A stretch of DNA of 40,427 nt from an uncultured Gimesia sp. (GTDB lineage: Bacteria; Planctomycetota; Planctomycetia; Planctomycetales; Planctomycetaceae): contig NZ_CALFPF010000429.1 of the NCBI RefSeq assembly GCF_937919775.1, positions 1 to 40,427 on the forward strand, given 5' to 3'. Shown here in pieces: positions 38,855 to 40,427 of the stretch; the first letter of the stretch is position 1; every line of letters starts with the position of its first letter. A model generated the notes under the pieces. The model was not told where the DNA came from. It saw only the letters and a list, made by a program, of their open reading frames with translations, and ran no database searches. The translations under genes and the position numbers were made by a program.

Positions 38855-40027
38855 TTACCGCATTTTTTTGCAGATGGCTTCTGCCGTTTCCTGAGTACCG
38901 ACGGCCGTCGGATCGTTGCGATCATCTTTCAGATCGTAGGTCACGTCTTTGCCTTCGGCAATCACGTCGGCGACGGCTCGATCCAGTTTGTCCGCAGCTT
39001 CATGCTCGCCGAGATAATCCAGCATCATTTTACCGGACAGAATCAAGGCAACCGGATTCACTTTATTCTGTCCCTTATATTTGGGAGCAGAACCGTGGGT
39101 CGCTTCGAAGATGGCCGACTCGGGACCGATGTTGGAACCGGGAGCCACACCCAGACCGCCGACCAGACCGGCACAGAGGTCGCTCAGGATGTCGCCGTAC
39201 AGATTGGAGGTGACGAGCACGTCGTACAGTTCCGGTTTTTGAACCAGCTGCATGCACATGTTGTCAATCAGCCGCTCATTGTATTCAATGCTGCCGCCGC
39301 AGTCGGTCGCGATGCCTTTCAGCTTCGCGTCAGGAGCAACACCTTCGGCAAGATCGGCCCATTCGAATTTCGCATTATAGGCTTTGGCAACGGCACGGGT
39401 TTCATCGTACCACAGACCATCTGTAAACTTCATGATGTTGGCTTTACAGATGGATGTCACGGTATCGCGTTTGTTATCGACTGCGTATTTAAACGCGTAA
39501 TTGCAGATATCACGAGTTCCCTGATAAGACATCGGCTTGATGCTGATGCCGGTCTCATCGAGAGGCGTGTTGATTTTTTTGCCGGTGGCAAATTCGTTGA
39601 TCTTCTCGATCAATGCAGCCGTATTTTTCTGGCCTGCCTGAAATTCCACACCCGCGTAGAGGTCTTCTGTATTTTCGCGAACGATGACCAGATCGACATT
39701 CGATTCGGAGAAATAAGTTCGCACACCCTTGTAAGTTTTACACGGACGAATGCAGGCATACAGTCCCAGTTCCTGTCGCAGGAACACGTTCACACTACGG
39801 AAGCCTTTTCCGATTGGTGTGGTGATCGGTGCCTTCAACGCAACTTTGTTGGCCCGAATCGATTCCATCACCCGGTCAGGAACTCCCCCTTCGGCCTCAA
39901 TGACTTCAATTCCACATTCCTGAACGTCCCAGTCGATTTTTACACCGGTGGCATCCACACACTTTCTTGTAGCCTCGGCGATTTCCGGGCCAACTCCATC
40001 TCCCGGAATTAATGTGACTTTATACAT
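38855..40027 (-). CDS. icd: Isocitrate/isopropylmalate dehydrogenase family, likely isocitrate dehydrogenase
   Basis: [49 protein letters not shown] and [16 protein letters not shown] precedes the ATG at 40027. Confidence 0.9.
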   Translation of the reverse strand: MYKVTLIPGDGVGPEIAEATRKCVDATGVKIDWDVQECGIEVIEAEGGVPDRVMESIRANKVALKAPITTPIGKGFRSVNVFLRQELGLYACIRPCKTYKGVRTYFSESNVDLVIVRENTEDLYAGVEFQAGQKNTAALIEKINEFATGKKINTPLDETGISIKPMSYQGTRDICNYAFKYAVDNKRDTVTSICKANIMKFTDGLWYDETRAVAKAYNAKFEWADLAEGVAPDAKLKGIATDCGGSIEYNERLIDNMCMQLVQKPELYDVLVTSNLYGDILSDLCAGLVGGLGVAPGSNIGPESAIFEATHGSAPKYKGQNKVNPVALILSGKMMLDYLGEHEAADKLDRAVADVIAEGKDVTYDLKDDRNDPTAVGTQETAEAICKKMR

Positions 40028-40245
40028 CGTTTCCTCAAATACTTCTGACAAAAAGGGAAGGCGGCCAGGATCTCAAGTGCATGAATGCAATGCTACAGGC
40101 CTGCTGACTCTTGAAACCAAAGGCCATACTGGTTGATACTGAATAAACAGTACTACAGGCAAGCAGTGACCGTATCAAAACAGAATTCGCTTTTCAACTA
40201 TACGCGGTAGCCATCGCTTACTTTTCAAGCCAATCAGGTAACCAG

Positions 40246-40427
40246 ATGATACAACGTTTTCTCAGAAACTACCTACTCCGCCATCAAAACAGATCCAACC
40301 AGATCCTGCACCTGATCGGTGTCCCTCTGGCTTTGGGAGGATTTATCGGTTTCGGGATGGCGGGAGAGTGGCTGATCGCCGGGATTGCATTGATTTCCGG
40401 CTATGCTTTACAGATTTGGGGACATTT
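40246..40427 (+). CDS. DUF962/Mpo1-like membrane protein, 3'-truncated by the window edge (absent from the ORF track)
   Basis: Manual translation MIQRFLRNYLLRHQNRSNQILHLIGVP...GYALQIWGH contains Y...H.N..N..LH.IGVP and Q..GH motifs. Confidence 0.82.
   Translation, partial: MIQRFLRNYLLRHQNRSNQILHLIGVPLALGGFIGFGMAGEWLIAGIALISGYALQIWGH

Noticed and set aside
38843-40012. 389-aa plus-strand ORF
   Set aside because: Antisense shadow of the dehydrogenase gene; no motifs, and explained by codon bias.

Overview
Gene-dense chromosomal window from a planctomycete, probably Gimesia-like (inferred from DUF1501, DUF1559, DUF1549/DUF1553 and 24-aa LRR genes). It holds about 37 likely CDSs: a clcA-type antiporter, an AraC / DUF1559 / lipoprotein / ceramidase-like module, a DUF1549-DUF1501-PPC operon, an ECF sigma / anti-sigma / helical-partner operon, orphan eboE-xdhC, an orphan groES-like gene, a heme-less bacterioferritin-like gene, apgM and an isocitrate dehydrogenase-family gene. 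I found no rRNA, tRNA, CRISPR array, transposase or integrase. The most interesting items are: (i) a Rieske [2Fe-2S]-PSP1 (RicT/YaaT-like) fusion; (ii) an AT-richer left-edge gene pair whose GIY-YIG domain has Gln at the catalytic Glu position; (iii) two intergenic REP/REPIN-like hairpin families with covariation among copies and conserved spacers; (iv) a GroES paralogue with a shortened roof and no Tyr71 equivalent; (v) C-rich CCNRCC motifs in several leaders. All family calls come from motif recognition by eye and no searches were run. No complete novel system can be proven from this window alone.
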